A DNA stretch of 63,633 bases, filler included, from Octopus bimaculoides (Eukaryota): assembly GCF_001194135.2 (NCBI RefSeq). It is 8 parts of 7 records of this genome, joined end to end, with 100 filler letters (N's around TTAATTAATTAA, not from the genome) between each part and the next. Parts side by side here need not be neighbours in the genome. Positions count along the whole stretch, not along the records: positions 62,282 to 63,633 come from NC_068986.1; 7 more parts are not named here. One strand, 5' to 3'. The translations under genes were made by a program, and so were the position numbers. Shown here in pieces: positions 62,365 through 63,633 of the stretch; the stretch's first letter is position 1, and every line of letters begins with the position of its first letter. The notes below the pieces were generated by a model, which had not been told where the DNA came from, did not search any database, and saw only the letters and a list, made by a program, of their open reading frames with translations.

Positions 62365-62770
62365 ACCTTGTCTCTTTCAATTCTTTCTGCCAAACGTTGA
62401 GGCAAACCTTGACCACCACCTTTCAGTGTGTTGGGTTTTCTATTCTGTACTATTCCTGGTGAAGTAGCGAACTGCGCAGAGATATCCTCATTTAGAGCGT
62501 GCATATATCTCATGCTCTTTCGCAGGAAGATCAACAGTTGTAGACCCTTTAAAACGAAGCACTTACTATACTGCGTGCTTATTCAAGATGGAGAAGACGA
62601 AATATTTAATACTATGCAGTGTGGTCCTGTCCGGCGGCTGATATAGCTCTTAATTCCAACGTTGGGTGCTAGAACTTCCAGGATCTTCTTTACGTATATA
62701 AGTGCATATCTTTCATACTTTCCAACTTGGGAGTAAAGTTTCAATTCCTTTAGCGTTACCAAGTAGCTCC
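62365..62770 (-). mobile_element. CR1-group (L2/Crack-like) LINE 3' remnant
   Basis: Minus strand Y..TLKELKLYSQ...ERYALIYVKKILEVLAPN.GI resembles the Y.ERL..L.LYSL.RRRER..IIY.WKI.EG..PN motif. The 3' UTR resembles the family C SINE tail. Confidence 0.65.
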
Positions 62771-62790
62771 TCATATATGCATATATAAAT

Positions 62791-62829
<39 letters not shown>

Positions 62830-63633
62830 NNNNNNNNNNTATACATAAACACACACACGCATATACACATGCACATACACATATGCAGACACAGTGCAAA
62901 GGGAATGTGACAAACGTTTAAACAAATAAATGCGACTTACGCTATTTAATAAATAATACTGCATAAATATGCATAAATGCATACTTACACAGACGTAATC
63001 ACTTCCACCTATATGCTTACACGGACAATCCACCACACACATACACTACACCCACATACATACACACACTCACACAGAACACACAAACACATACATATAC
63101 AGACGTGTGTACGAGTGAGCGTCCATGAGTTTCTGGGTATGCGCATATATTATATAGTTTACTTTTATATATGTGTGTGTGTATGCTTGTGTTTGATTTT
63201 CTGTGTACATGTCAGTATGTATGCAAATGTAAAATACGTATTATGTGTGTATGTGTAGACGAAACTACGAAATTTCCTGGAGACTGAAAGCTGGGTTTAG
63301 TAAAAACAAAATGGCCGCCACCTATAATATATCGTGGGAAAGTCTAGGAGTAAAATGGAAATTACAATCTGTAATCAACTGTCACTATGTGTTGCCGACA
63401 TCACATCTGCTTTACACGGCCGGAAGACATTCAGATAATTAGCATATATGTATGAAAGAGCAGAGGGATAGCTATATTTCCCTCTGTGCCTTTGTGCGAT
63501 ATGTATTAGTATCCATATGTATATATTATATACATATGTATGTATATGTATGAATATATGTATATGTATGTATGTATGTGTATGTGTGTGTGTGTGTCTG
63601 TGTGTATATATATATGTATGTATATATATATAT

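Noticed and set aside
63305-63322. AAAATGGCCGCC YY1-like promoter motif as the TONSL promoter
   Set aside because: A single imperfect short motif with no supporting TSS evidence.

Overview
Eukaryotic, AT-rich, microsatellite- and gap-rich genomic DNA. The repeat families suggest an octopus or other cephalopod; this is an inference. Most ORF-track entries are artefacts of microsatellites and N-gaps. Supportable content is: (i) two minus-strand coding exons of a TONSL (Tonsoku-like) gene at 45804-45929 and 44060-44297, inside a CpG-depleted block of about 42-58 kb; (ii) transposon remnants from Tx1/L1, RTE, CR1-group, Penelope-like, Helitron, piggyBac (two TIR-complete copies), mariner and hAT families, plus several tRNA-derived SINE families; (iii) type I hammerhead ribozyme motifs at 16707-16775 and 34851-34895. 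The most notable structure is at 5.9-8.9 kb. Two different Tx1/L1-clade retrotransposons sit in tandem at exactly the same 15-bp site (AAGAAGCTTGCTTCC, three copies) in the anticodon-like arm of a tRNA-derived SINE head. One of them encodes only ORF1 (a 'half-Tx1'). A second SINE family in the window carries the same 3' tail as these Tx1 elements. Together this suggests a multi-tier system: a site-specific LINE, an ORF1-only derivative and a tail-sharing SINE, with another SINE as the target. Seven TTAATTAATTAA motifs are artificial 100-bp scaffold linkers.
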